A stretch of 64,000 nt of DNA from Candidatus Krumholzibacteriia bacterium (GCA_041390065.1 JAWKQQ010000022.1:3192-67191), one strand, 5' to 3'; counted from the stretch's first letter, positions 36,413-45,668 are shown. Numbers and translations are program-made. The notes: generated from the sequence alone by a model not told the origin.

Positions 36413-36870
36413 CCGACCGTCGACCCTACGACCCCGAACGCGACGGACCGCTGCTGTCGGCCTATGCCGACGGCGAGCTCGACCTCGCCGACCGCGCGCT
36501 GGTGGAGTCGTGGCTGGAACTGGACGAACGGGCCCGTCGCGAGCTTGACCGCATCGTGCAGATGAAGGCGTTCACCGACCACCTGGCCCTGCGGCCCGCG
36601 CCCCGGGAGGCCTGGGAGGAGTTTCACCGCAAGGTCTACAACCGCTCCGAGCGCAGCCTCGGCTGGAGCCTGTTCTGGATCGGCGCCGGGTGCGTGGCGC
36701 TCTACGTCGCGGTGCGCCTGCTGATCGCCATCGTGGCGCTGGCGGTGCCGGTGCTCGTACGCCTGGGGTTGCTGGCCGCGGGCCTCGGCCTGCTCATCCT
36801 GCTCGTGTCGGCCATCCGCGAGCGGCTCTTCACCCGGAAACGCGACCGTTACGACGACGTTCGCCGCTAG
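36409..36870 (+). CDS. Anti-sigma factor (single-pass/multi-TM)
   Basis: Met86 of track ORF 36154..36870; the ATG overlaps the sigma stop (ATGA). LLSAYADGELDLADRALVESWLELDERARREL is followed by hydrophobic segments. Confidence 0.7.
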   Translation: MTDRRPYDPERDGPLLSAYADGELDLADRALVESWLELDERARRELDRIVQMKAFTDHLALRPAPREAWEEFHRKVYNRSERSLGWSLFWIGAGCVALYVAVRLLIAIVALAVPVLVRLGLLAAGLGLLILLVSAIRERLFTRKRDRYDDVRR

Positions 36871-36882
36871 CGGAGGTTCGGC

Positions 36883-37203
36883 ATGCTGGTCACCACCCTG
36901 GAACAGGTTCCGGGCAAACGCATCGTCAAGGTGGTGGGCCTGGTCAAGGGCAACACCATCCGGGCGCGAGACATCGGCCATGACATCATGGCCAGCCTGA
37001 AGAACCTGGTCGGCGGCGAGATCAACGACTACACCAAGATGATCGCCGAGAGCCGCGAGCAGGCCCTCGACCGCATGGTGGCCGAGGCCCGCGCCAACGG
37101 CGCCAACGCGGTGGTCGGCATGCGCTTCGCCACCTGCGAGATGATGGAACATGCGGCCGAAATCCTGGCGTACGGGACGGCGGTGGTGCTGGAAGACGCG
37201 TGA
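36883..37203 (+). CDS. ybjQ: YbjQ/UPF0145 family protein
   Basis: Track ORF of 106 aa. LVTTLEQVPGKRIVKVVGLVKGNTIRARDIGHDIMASLKNLVGGEI...ANAVVGMRF is present. Confidence 0.85.
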   Translation: MLVTTLEQVPGKRIVKVVGLVKGNTIRARDIGHDIMASLKNLVGGEINDYTKMIAESREQALDRMVAEARANGANAVVGMRFATCEMMEHAAEILAYGTAVVLEDA

Positions 37204-37204
37204 C

Positions 37205-37298
37205 GGGGCGGCGCGAGGGGTGCGCTGGGTCCTCGCGAACGGCGGTCCTGGACGGACCGCCGTTCTGCTGCGGAGCCGTTTACCCCTCGCGCCGCCCC
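37205..37298 (+). repeat. Structured 3-prime element, copy 1: a 17-bp outer stem enclosing a conserved 49-nt core with an 11-bp inner hairpin
   Basis: GGGGCGGCGCGAGGGGT (37205-37221) pairs with ACCCCTCGCGCCGCCCC (37282-37298). Core (37227-37275): GGGTCCTCGCG AACGGCGGTCC TGGAC GGACCGCCGTT CTGCTGCGGAG. It begins 2 nt after the ybjQ stop. Confidence 0.75.
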
Positions 37299-37348
37299 GC
37301 CACGGGTCCTCCAGCACCACGGTTCCCCGCGCCGCTTCCGCCAGGCAA

Positions 37349-37450
37349 GGGGTCGGGTGGATGTCCGGGGTGCGACTCCGCAGCAGCCGGGCGGCCCGTC
37401 CAGGGCCGCCTGGCGCGAGGACCGAGCACCCCGGACATCTACCCGACCCC
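37349..37450 (-). repeat. Structured 3-prime element, copy 2 (inverted): a 25-bp outer stem enclosing the same core
   Basis: 37349-37373 pairs with 37426-37450 (one G-T pair). The reverse complement of 37376-37424 is CGGTCCTCGCG CCAGGCGGCCC TGGAC GGGCCGCCCGG CTGCTGCGGAG, which matches 40 of 49 positions of the copy 1 core by hand alignment. The outer stem overlaps the last codons and the stop of the CheA-like gene. Confidence 0.75.
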
Positions 37451-39556
37451 GTCCTTGTAGGCGAAGATCGTCGTGGGGATGGAGCGATGCTCGCCGAGGT
37501 GATAGAGCGGGGCGAGGCGCTCCAGCAGGGCGTCCACCTCGGGCTCCCGGATGGGCGTGGCCCAGAGGATCTTGACCTCGCGGCCGCAGCGGCCCTGCTC
37601 GATGTCGGCAACGCTCGGCAGGGTGGCGAGGATCTTGCCCGTCTTGCCGACGCGGCGCAGCAGCAGATAGGCGGCCAGGAAGGCGGGCTGGCGGCCCGGA
37701 TCGAACTCGAGGTAGGTCTCGTAGGTCCGCTCGCCGCGCTTGAGGGCGCTGAGGACCTGCAGCTGGGCGGTCGGCGTGAGGTCGAAGGGCTGGCGCACGA
37801 GGGCGGCGTAGTCCAGGCCGTCCTCGGCGGCCACGGTGTCGCTGTCGGTGAGCTCCTGCAGCTGGGCGAGCAGCTCGGTCGGGGGCGTGTCCGGCGCCGC
37901 GGGCAGGGTGGCGGCGGAGGCGATCAGGTAGCTGACGCCGTCGAGCAGCAGGTCCATGCGCTCGGAAGTCATCGCGAGCCGCCCCGCGCGCAGGTAGTCG
38001 AGCGCCGTCTCGAGCTGATGGGCGAAGGCGGCCTGGAGGTCGGCCTCGAGCACCGAGAAGTGGCCCTTGGCGGCGTGCAGGCGGCGGAAGGCGCGGTTCA
38101 GCTCGTCCTGCAGGTCGGGATTCTGTTCGAGGGTGAGCAGGGCGTCCTGGAGCTCGGCGAGACTCGCGGCGAGCTCATGGTGCAGGCTGCCCACGTCGTC
38201 GCCGAGGGCGCTGGCGTTGCGACGGCGCCCGACGTCGTCGGCGGATCCGGCGTCGGGGGCCTGCGGCGGCGAACTCGGGCGGGCCGCCTCCGTGGCCGCG
38301 GCCACCAGCGCCTGCGCCGTGGCGGCCTCCGGTTGGATCCCCATCGCCGCGGCGACCAGGGTGTCGACGTCGATGGTCAAGCCCAGCTTGCCGCCGGTGA
38401 AGACGGCGGTGCCGGCGACGGCGGCGTGATGACGGAGCCCCGCGTCGAGGGGGATGTTGACCAGCTTCTGGGGCCCCAGGAATTCGCTCACGATGAAGGC
38501 CACGTCGCCGGCGCGACCGTGCAGGATGATGACGGGCAGCGTGCCCGCCGGCGTGGTCGCGGCTGGCTCGCCGAGCACGGTCTCGAGGTCGTGCAGCGGG
38601 ATGATCCGGCCCTGGTAGGTGATGTGGCGGCCTCGATCGAAGGCGGTGTTCACGTCGGCGGGGTCGAGGCCGAGGTTGGCGATCACCTTGTCGATCGGCA
38701 GGGCGTAGAGATTGCTGGCGGCCCTCAAGGTCAGGGCATCGATGATGTTCACGGCGCGCAGCTTGGGCACCCGCAAGGTGAAACTGGAACCCTGGCCCGG
38801 GGCGGTGTCGAGGCTGAGCTCGCCGTCGAACTCATCCAGCACCGTGTGCACGAGGTCCAGGCCGACGCCCCGGCCGCTGGTGCCGGTCACCTGGTCGGCC
38901 GTGGTCAGGCCCGGGCGGCAGATCAGCTCGAGCAAAGGCCGCGTATCGGCGTCGGGAACTGCCAGCTTCCGGGCGGCCTGGCGGACGGCGGCCTCGTCGA
39001 TGCCGGCTCCGTCGTCGGCTACGGTGATGACGGTCTCGTGTTCACTGTCGCTGGCGCTGATGCTGACCCGGCCTTGCAGGGGCTTGCCGGCCCGTTTGCG
39101 ATCGATGGGGCTCTCGATCCCGTGGTCGATCGCGTTGCGCAGCAGATGCAGCAGCGGGTCGACGAGGTGCTCGGCCAGGGCCTTGTCGATGAGCACGTCC
39201 TCGCCCTTGAGCACGATCTCCGCGTCGCGGCCGAGGTTCCGGCACAGGTCGCGGGCGGGCCGTCGCAGCAAGCGGTAGGTCTCGTCGATCTCCACCAGGC
39301 GGATGGCCATGACCAGGTCGTGGAGCTCCTGGCTGATGCGCCGTGTGGACTGGTTGCAGGTCTTGATCAGATGCAGGCTCGCGCTGTCGGTGGTCGTGCC
39401 GGCCGCGCCATGGCCGCCGGCCCGGCGTTCGAGGTCCTGCAGGTTGGCCGCCGTGATGATCACCTCGCCGGCGAGGGAGAGGAGCGTGTCCAGATGGGCG
39501 ATGCGGACCTGCATGCGGTCGAGCGTGCGCGTCTGCTGCGTGGCGATCTCAGTCAT
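37439..39556 (-). CDS. cheA: CheA-like histidine kinase with circularly permuted domain order (P3 dimerization, P4 HATPase, P5 CheW-like, P1 HPt, then a C-terminal tail)
   Basis: Track ORF of 705 aa. VRIAHLDTLLSLAGEVII (P3); HLLRNAIDHG, DDGAGID, GRGVGLD (P4); ALPIDKVI...VAFIVSEFLGPQKLV (P5); then LNRAFRRLHAAKGHFSVL (HPt, His494, codon at about 38075-38077). Confidence 0.85.
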   Translation of the reverse strand: MTEIATQQTRTLDRMQVRIAHLDTLLSLAGEVIITAANLQDLERRAGGHGAAGTTTDSASLHLIKTCNQSTRRISQELHDLVMAIRLVEIDETYRLLRRPARDLCRNLGRDAEIVLKGEDVLIDKALAEHLVDPLLHLLRNAIDHGIESPIDRKRAGKPLQGRVSISASDSEHETVITVADDGAGIDEAAVRQAARKLAVPDADTRPLLELICRPGLTTADQVTGTSGRGVGLDLVHTVLDEFDGELSLDTAPGQGSSFTLRVPKLRAVNIIDALTLRAASNLYALPIDKVIANLGLDPADVNTAFDRGRHITYQGRIIPLHDLETVLGEPAATTPAGTLPVIILHGRAGDVAFIVSEFLGPQKLVNIPLDAGLRHHAAVAGTAVFTGGKLGLTIDVDTLVAAAMGIQPEAATAQALVAAATEAARPSSPPQAPDAGSADDVGRRRNASALGDDVGSLHHELAASLAELQDALLTLEQNPDLQDELNRAFRRLHAAKGHFSVLEADLQAAFAHQLETALDYLRAGRLAMTSERMDLLLDGVSYLIASAATLPAAPDTPPTELLAQLQELTDSDTVAAEDGLDYAALVRQPFDLTPTAQLQVLSALKRGERTYETYLEFDPGRQPAFLAAYLLLRRVGKTGKILATLPSVADIEQGRCGREVKILWATPIREPEVDALLERLAPLYHLGEHRSIPTTIFAYKDGVG

Positions 39557-39962
39557 GGCTCAACACCCGTTCGATGATCTGGGCGAGGTCCTCGCGGTTG
39601 AACGGCTTGGGAATGAAGTCGTCGGCACCGAGCTTGAGCACCCGGATCACGCTGCTGGCGTCGCTCAAGGTGGAGACCATCACGAGCGGCGTGCCGTCGT
39701 ACCAGGGGGCTTGCTGCAGTCGCCAGCAGAACTCGAAGCCGTCCATGCTGGGCATCTGGATGTCGCTGAAGATGATCGTGGTGCCGTCGATCGTGGATTC
39801 CAGGGCGAGGAGGGCCTCGCGGCCGTCGTTGTAGGCCTGGACCGCGAGGCCGAGGCCGCTCAGCTCGCGCTCGAAGATGCGCCGCATGGTGGCGCTGTCG
39901 TCGATGACGACCGCCCGGGCGCCGCCGGGCAGGGAGGTCTGCAGGCTCTCGACGTGGCTCAT
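39549..39962 (-). CDS. cheY: CheY-like single-domain response regulator
   Basis: This is the last 137 codons of track ORF 39549..40367, ATG at 39962. It has VVIDDS, FSDIQMPSMDG, MVSTLS and IPKPF. Its stop overlaps the kinase start by 8 nt. Confidence 0.85.
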   Translation of the reverse strand: MSHVESLQTSLPGGARAVVIDDSATMRRIFERELSGLGLAVQAYNDGREALLALESTIDGTTIIFSDIQMPSMDGFEFCWRLQQAPWYDGTPLVMVSTLSDASSVIRVLKLGADDFIPKPFNREDLAQIIERVLSHD

Positions 39963-40063
39963 GGCTCCATCCTTGAGGTCGGGTCCGGTCACCGGGCAGT
40001 CCTGGATATCGGCAGCATACGGCCTGCCTTTAGTCGGCCCGCGCCGTTCCGGAGCAGACGCAA

Positions 40064-40092
40064 GAGGGCCGGAGGCATGGCCTCCGGCCCTC
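40064..40092 (-). terminator. Strong GC hairpin downstream of the ferredoxin gene (terminator or attenuator candidate; no U-tract)
   Basis: GAGGGCCGGAGGC, a 3-nt loop, GCCTCCGGCCCTC (13-bp perfect stem), 22 nt after the ferredoxin stop. It is followed only by TT on the minus strand. Confidence 0.4.
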
Positions 40093-40113
40093 GAGTCTGC
40101 GTGCAGGACGCGA

Positions 40114-40287
40114 CTACTGCATGGTGATGGCCGACTCCGGGCAAACATCCACGCAGGCTTCGCAGTCGGTGCACTCATCCTGATCCACCACGGCCTTGCC
40201 GTCGACGAGGCTGATGCACTCGGTGGGGCAGGTCTCGATGCAGTCTTCGCAACCAGTGCACTTGGCGGGATCCACGAACGCGGGCAT
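40114..40287 (-). CDS. 2x[4Fe-4S] ferredoxin, 57 aa (below the ORF-track length cutoff)
   Basis: Hand translation: MPAFVDPAKCTGCEDCIETCPTECISLVDGKAVVDQDECTDCEACVDVCPESAITMQ*. It has two CxxCxxCxxxCP motifs. The ATG at 40287 is preceded by GAGGAGG. Confidence 0.85.
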   Translation of the reverse strand: MPAFVDPAKCTGCEDCIETCPTECISLVDGKAVVDQDECTDCEACVDVCPESAITMQ

Positions 40288-40343
40288 GAGGTTCCTCCTC
40301 GACTGAAAAACGGTGGCGGCCGCCCCGGCGGCGTCATGGGCGA

Positions 40344-40372
40344 ATAATGGCCCGCTCTCCGGAGCAAGTCAA
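40344..40372 (-). promoter_or_regulatory. Candidate promoter of the ferredoxin gene
   Basis: On the minus strand: TTGACT, a 17-nt spacer, then CATTAT, about 55 nt upstream of the ferredoxin ATG. Identified by eye only. Confidence 0.3.
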
Positions 40373-40425
40373 ATCACAACTCGACGGGACAGCGACTCGG
40401 AACGCCGGCGCGCTGAGGCCGGATA

Positions 40426-40878
40426 TCAGCGTTCATGACGGCGCGCGGCATCGAGCGACCAGCGGTCGCTCCGGAGGGCGAACGGCAGCAGCGCCACCAG
40501 CAGCAGGACCACGTCGCGGATCAGCAGGTCGCGGCCGACCGCATGGCCATTGCCGGTGTCGAAGCAGCCGCAGGAGATGTCCAGGTTGCGGATCAGGGCC
40601 GCGGCGATGGCCACCATGAACACCAGCAGCATGGCCGCGGCCAGGATCAGGGCGCCGCGGCGCTGCCAGCCGCAGATCAGGGCGACGGCCACCACCGCCT
40701 CGGCCACCGGCATCAGCCAGGCGAACGGATGCAGCAGGGCCATGGGCACCAGGCGGTAGTTGGCGATGTTCTGGGCGAACGCCGCCGGGTGCGCCAGCTT
40801 GTCGATGCATGCGTACAGGAAGACCGCGCCCACGCCGAGGCGGCAGAGCAGCGAGAGGGCGTCGCGCCAGCGGCTCAT
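40426..40878 (-). CDS. MauE/DoxX-family redox-associated membrane protein
   Basis: Track ORF of 150 aa. It has four hydrophobic helices and the CGCF motif (NLDISCGCFDTG) typical of MauE-like proteins. Its ATG overlaps the rhodanese stop (ATGA). Confidence 0.7.
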   Translation of the reverse strand: MSRWRDALSLLCRLGVGAVFLYACIDKLAHPAAFAQNIANYRLVPMALLHPFAWLMPVAEAVVAVALICGWQRRGALILAAAMLLVFMVAIAAALIRNLDISCGCFDTGNGHAVGRDLLIRDVVLLLVALLPFALRSDRWSLDAARRHER

Positions 40879-41375
40879 GGCGTGGCTCCGCCGGGGTTCG
40901 CCACCGGGCCGCCGGCCGCCCGCCAGGCCTCGAGGCCACCCTGGAGGATGCGCACGTCCGTATGACCGCGGGCCTGGAAGAGGACGGCCACGTCGCCGAC
41001 GGGTACGGGCGAGCCCTCGCCGTAGAGGATCAGCGGATCCTCGGGAAAGATGAACTCGCGCACCGCGTCCAGGTCGGCGGCGAAGCTGGCCGCGCGGATG
41101 ACGAACGCGCCGGGGATCGCATTGGCGAGGGTGGCTTCGGGCCGGGTATCGATGAAGACGTGCCGGCCCTCGTCGTAGGCCGCGCGGGCCTCGTCCACCG
41201 AGACCAGCGGCGCGGGCAGGTCCAGGGCGTAGAACTCGGCGTCGGCGCGCAGGGGCAGTCGGTCCGGGCGCACGAGCCAGGTGACGATCCCCACCGCCAG
41301 GATCGCCCCGACCAGGCGCAAGGCCTCGGTCACGGGCGTCGGATGGACGCGGCGGGTGCGGGTCGTGGCGGTCAC
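40875..41375 (-). CDS. Membrane-anchored rhodanese-like domain protein
   Basis: Track ORF of 166 aa. An N-terminal TM helix is followed by VFIDTRPEATLANAIPGAF ... LILYGEG ... ARGHTDVRILQGGLEAWRAAG. Confidence 0.7.
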   Translation of the reverse strand: MTATTRTRRVHPTPVTEALRLVGAILAVGIVTWLVRPDRLPLRADAEFYALDLPAPLVSVDEARAAYDEGRHVFIDTRPEATLANAIPGAFVIRAASFAADLDAVREFIFPEDPLILYGEGSPVPVGDVAVLFQARGHTDVRILQGGLEAWRAAGGPVANPGGATP

Positions 41376-41385
41376 GGCGCCAGGC

Positions 41386-42381
41386 TCACGGACGCAGGAC
41401 GTAGGTCACGGGCACCTCGAACAGCGGCGACGACGGCAGGTTCGTATGGATCCGCAGCGTGCCGGCGATCCGACCGTGCGCCGCCTGCGCGAAGGGATGA
41501 TCCATGGCCAGGGCCACGCCCTCCAGCACGGCGAACGACTCGCGCGTTCCGTTCTCCACCCTGGCCGTCAGGCCCGGGATGTCGACCTCGGCGCCGGTGA
41601 GCTTGAACTCGATGCCGGGCTCGGCCGGCGCCACGCGCACCCGCGTGCCGAGCTTCTGGCCCGACCGCGGCCGCATCAGGTTCACGCGATCCATGCCGAG
41701 GATCAGGTCGGTCACCACCCGCACGTCGGCCTCGAGGTTGACGACAGGCACGTCGGGCACGTTGGTGCGCAGCTTCAGGGGCTCGCGCCAGGTGCCCGGG
41801 GGGCTGTCCGCGCGGACGGTGAAGTCGACGTCCACGCTGTGGGGGTCGCGGCTCGGCCGCACGGCGATGTCCAGCCAGCCCTGCGGCCAGCTCACCGGCT
41901 CGATCTCGAGGGGCGAGACGTCCTTGGCCACGAAGGTGTAGGTGAGGGTCGAGGTGGCGCCGCCGCGCACCATCGGGAACCGCAGCAAGGTCTGCGCGGG
42001 CTCCATGCTCAGGGCGACCTCGATGTTGGCCTGGATCTGGAAGTCGACCACCTGGTGCCGGGGGTCATCGGTGTAGATCTTGATGAACTTGAGCTGGTGG
42101 CCCTGGAAGTGCTGGCTGTTGAACTGCACCTCCATCACCGTGCTCGCGCCGGGGCCCAGGGTGGTGACCTCCAGGTCGGGCACGGTGCAGCCGCAGGTGG
42201 CCTCCACCTTGGTGATCTCCAGCGGCGCGTCGCCCGTGTTGCTGAGCATGACGGTGGCGTCGCGGGTCTGCTGCTGGGCGAGGGTCCCGAAGTCCAGGCT
42301 CGCGGGCTCCAGCACCAGGTTGGGCTGGGACAGCGCCACCAGGGGCGCGAGCAGCATCAGGCAGGCGATGATCCGGCGCAT
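41386..42381 (-). CDS. Secreted DUF1573-like Ig-fold repeat protein
   Basis: Met86 of track ORF 41386..42636 (ATG at 42381). Signal peptide MRRIIACLMLLAPLVALS. LDFGTLAQQQTRDATVMLSNTGDAPLEITKVEATCGCTV is typical of DUF1573. Confidence 0.65.
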   Translation of the reverse strand: MRRIIACLMLLAPLVALSQPNLVLEPASLDFGTLAQQQTRDATVMLSNTGDAPLEITKVEATCGCTVPDLEVTTLGPGASTVMEVQFNSQHFQGHQLKFIKIYTDDPRHQVVDFQIQANIEVALSMEPAQTLLRFPMVRGGATSTLTYTFVAKDVSPLEIEPVSWPQGWLDIAVRPSRDPHSVDVDFTVRADSPPGTWREPLKLRTNVPDVPVVNLEADVRVVTDLILGMDRVNLMRPRSGQKLGTRVRVAPAEPGIEFKLTGAEVDIPGLTARVENGTRESFAVLEGVALAMDHPFAQAAHGRIAGTLRIHTNLPSSPLFEVPVTYVLRP

Positions 42382-42550
42382 GGACGACCTTCCGGTTGGA
42401 GTGCGGGCCGCGGCGGCTGAAGGTCCTGGAACCCGGCCCGCGGCCGCAGGTTCCCGCCGCCGGGACGATCCGTGCGGCCACGCCCAAAATTGCCCCTTTC
42501 CGGCCGGACGGCAAGCCCTTAACCTCCTGGCCAACCCGCTGGAGGCGAGC

Positions 42551-43573
42551 ATGGATCTGGAGACCGGCCTCGGCAACGTCGCGCGCGGACTGGCGCTCCT
42601 GCTGGGCGTGGTGATCGTCGGAACCATCGGTTTCATGCTGATCGAGGACTACCCCTTCCTCGACGCGGTCTACATGACCATCATCACCATCAGCACCGTG
42701 GGCTACGGGGAGGTCCGCCAGCTCGACTCCGCCGGGCACGTGTTCGTCATCGTCCTCATCGTCCTCGGCATCATGGTGGTGGGCTACACGCTGACCGCGC
42801 TCGGACGGGCGGTGGTCGAGGGGTCGCTCCAGAAACTCGTCGGGAGGAAGCGCATGCTGCGCGAGATCGGATCGATGCGGGGCCACGTGATCGTGTGCGG
42901 CCACGGACGGGTCGGGCGGACCATCTGCGAGGAGCTGCGGACCGAGGGAGTGCCGTTCGTGGTGGTCGACCGCGACCCGGAGTGCGCCGAGCAGCTGGCC
43001 GCCAAGGGCTACCGCGTGGTGGTGGGCGACGCCACCGAGGACGAGGTCCTGCTGACGGCCGGGGTGCTGCGGGCGCGCGGCCTGGTGGCCGTGGCCTCGC
43101 GTGACGTCGACAACCTGTACATCACCCTGTCGGCCCGGGAGATGTGCGCCTCGGAGAACCCCGGGCTGATGATCGTCAGCCGGGCCAGCGACACCCGGGA
43201 GCTTCGCAAGATCCGGGCGGCGGGGGCCGATCAGGTGCTCTCGCCCTACGCGATCGGCGGCGTGCGCATCGCGCAGGCGTTGATCCGGCCCGCGGTGTAC
43301 GAGGTGATCGACCTGTTGACCCGCAGCGGCGAGATGGAGCTCAGCCTGGAAGGGGCCACCCTCGGCGAAGGCTGCCGCCTGGCCGGCAAGGCCTTGCGTG
43401 ACACGAACATCCGCAGCCAGTTCAACCTCATCATCATCGGGGTCAAGAAGCCGGATGGTCACCTCCGGTTCAACCCGGGACCCGAGCACGTGCTCGAGGT
43501 CGGCGACGAGCTGATCATGCTCGGCAGCCGCGAGCAGCTCGAGCGCTTCGGTGGCAGCATCCGGACGGCCTGA
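42551..43573 (+). CDS. Two-TM potassium channel with RCK (TrkA-N/TrkA-C) domains
   Basis: In frame with track ORF 42080..43573, ATG at 42551 after GGAGG. It has the selectivity filter TISTVGYGE and a Rossmann motif VIVCGHGRVGR. Confidence 0.85.
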   Translation: MDLETGLGNVARGLALLLGVVIVGTIGFMLIEDYPFLDAVYMTIITISTVGYGEVRQLDSAGHVFVIVLIVLGIMVVGYTLTALGRAVVEGSLQKLVGRKRMLREIGSMRGHVIVCGHGRVGRTICEELRTEGVPFVVVDRDPECAEQLAAKGYRVVVGDATEDEVLLTAGVLRARGLVAVASRDVDNLYITLSAREMCASENPGLMIVSRASDTRELRKIRAAGADQVLSPYAIGGVRIAQALIRPAVYEVIDLLTRSGEMELSLEGATLGEGCRLAGKALRDTNIRSQFNLIIIGVKKPDGHLRFNPGPEHVLEVGDELIMLGSREQLERFGGSIRTA

Positions 43574-43669
43574 CCGGTAGCGGTCCGGCGCCGTGGGGTG
43601 TTATGTTGGCGGTATACATGACACCGACGGTCGAGTTTTCCGCTCGTCCGCAACCCGAGGAGTCCCGTC

Positions 43670-44647
<978 letters not shown>

Positions 44648-44717
44648 GCGACGTGGGCCTCATGCCCGGGCGATTCTTCGGCGGGGCGGACCGAGCGCCG
44701 CCCCGCGAGGTGAAACG

Positions 44718-45668
44718 ATGACCGAGAGCGAGCGCAGCCGCGCGATCTGGGATCTGGCCGAGCAGGTGGCCGGAACCTACCGCAACGACGGCGTCATCAA
44801 CCGCATCGGCGAGAAGAACCTGCCCTCGCAGCCGGCCATCCGCCGCATCCTCGAATGCCTGCTCACGCTGGTGTTCCCCGGCTACCACGGCGAACCGGTG
44901 CGTCGCGACGCCGACCTGCGGCTGTTCGCCGCGTCGCACCTCGAACGGCTGCACGGCGCGCTGCGCGACGTGCTGTCGCAGTCCCTGCAGTTCAGCCGGC
45001 GCCACGGGTGTTCCTGCGCAGCCCTCTGGGCCGACGCGCCCGGTCAGGATGCCGGCACGGCGATCGGCGAGCTGTCCGGTCGCCTCGCCCTGGAGTACCT
45101 GCAGCACCTGCCGGCCATCCGCGGCATCCTGCGCACCGACGTCAACGCCGCCTACAGCGGCGACCCGGCCGCCGGCAGCACCGACGAGGTGATCCTCTGC
45201 TATCCCGGGGTGTATGCGATCGCGGTCCACCGGCTGGCGCACCCGCTGCAGCGGATGGGCATCCCGCTGGTGCCGCGCATCATGAGCGAGTGGGCGCATC
45301 ACCGTTCGGGCGTCGACATCCACCCCGGCGCCGAGATCGACGAGAGCTTCTTCATCGACCACGGCACCGGCGTGGTGATCGGCGAGACCGCGCGGATCGG
45401 CAAGCGGGTCAAGCTCTACCAGGGCGTGACCATCGGCGCGTTGAGCTTCGCACGCAACCCGGACGGCAGCCTGGTCAAGGGCGGCAAGCGCCATCCCACC
45501 CTCGAGGACGACGTCACCGTGTACGCCGGCGCCACCCTGCTCGGCGGCGAGACGGTGATCGGCCGCGGCGCGGTGATCGGCGGCGGCGCCTGGATCACCG
45601 CCTCGGTCCCGGCCGGCGCGCGCGTGGCGGCCAAGCGCCGCTCGGTGATGGTGGCGGAGGACGACTGA
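44718..45668 (+). CDS. cysE: Serine O-acetyltransferase (long form)
   Basis: Track ORF of 316 aa. GVDIHPGAEIDESFFIDHGTGVVIGETARIGKRVKLYQGVTIG hexapeptide repeats are present. Confidence 0.9.
   Translation: MTESERSRAIWDLAEQVAGTYRNDGVINRIGEKNLPSQPAIRRILECLLTLVFPGYHGEPVRRDADLRLFAASHLERLHGALRDVLSQSLQFSRRHGCSCAALWADAPGQDAGTAIGELSGRLALEYLQHLPAIRGILRTDVNAAYSGDPAAGSTDEVILCYPGVYAIAVHRLAHPLQRMGIPLVPRIMSEWAHHRSGVDIHPGAEIDESFFIDHGTGVVIGETARIGKRVKLYQGVTIGALSFARNPDGSLVKGGKRHPTLEDDVTVYAGATLLGGETVIGRGAVIGGGAWITASVPAGARVAAKRRSVMVAEDD

Noticed and set aside
37205-37450. The paired hairpin elements interpreted as a MITE or IS remnant, or as one simple large palindrome.
   Set aside because: The two copies have unrelated terminal stems, no visible target-site duplication and no transposase nearby. 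Only the inner 49-nt core is shared, so neither a single MITE family nor one perfect palindrome explains them.
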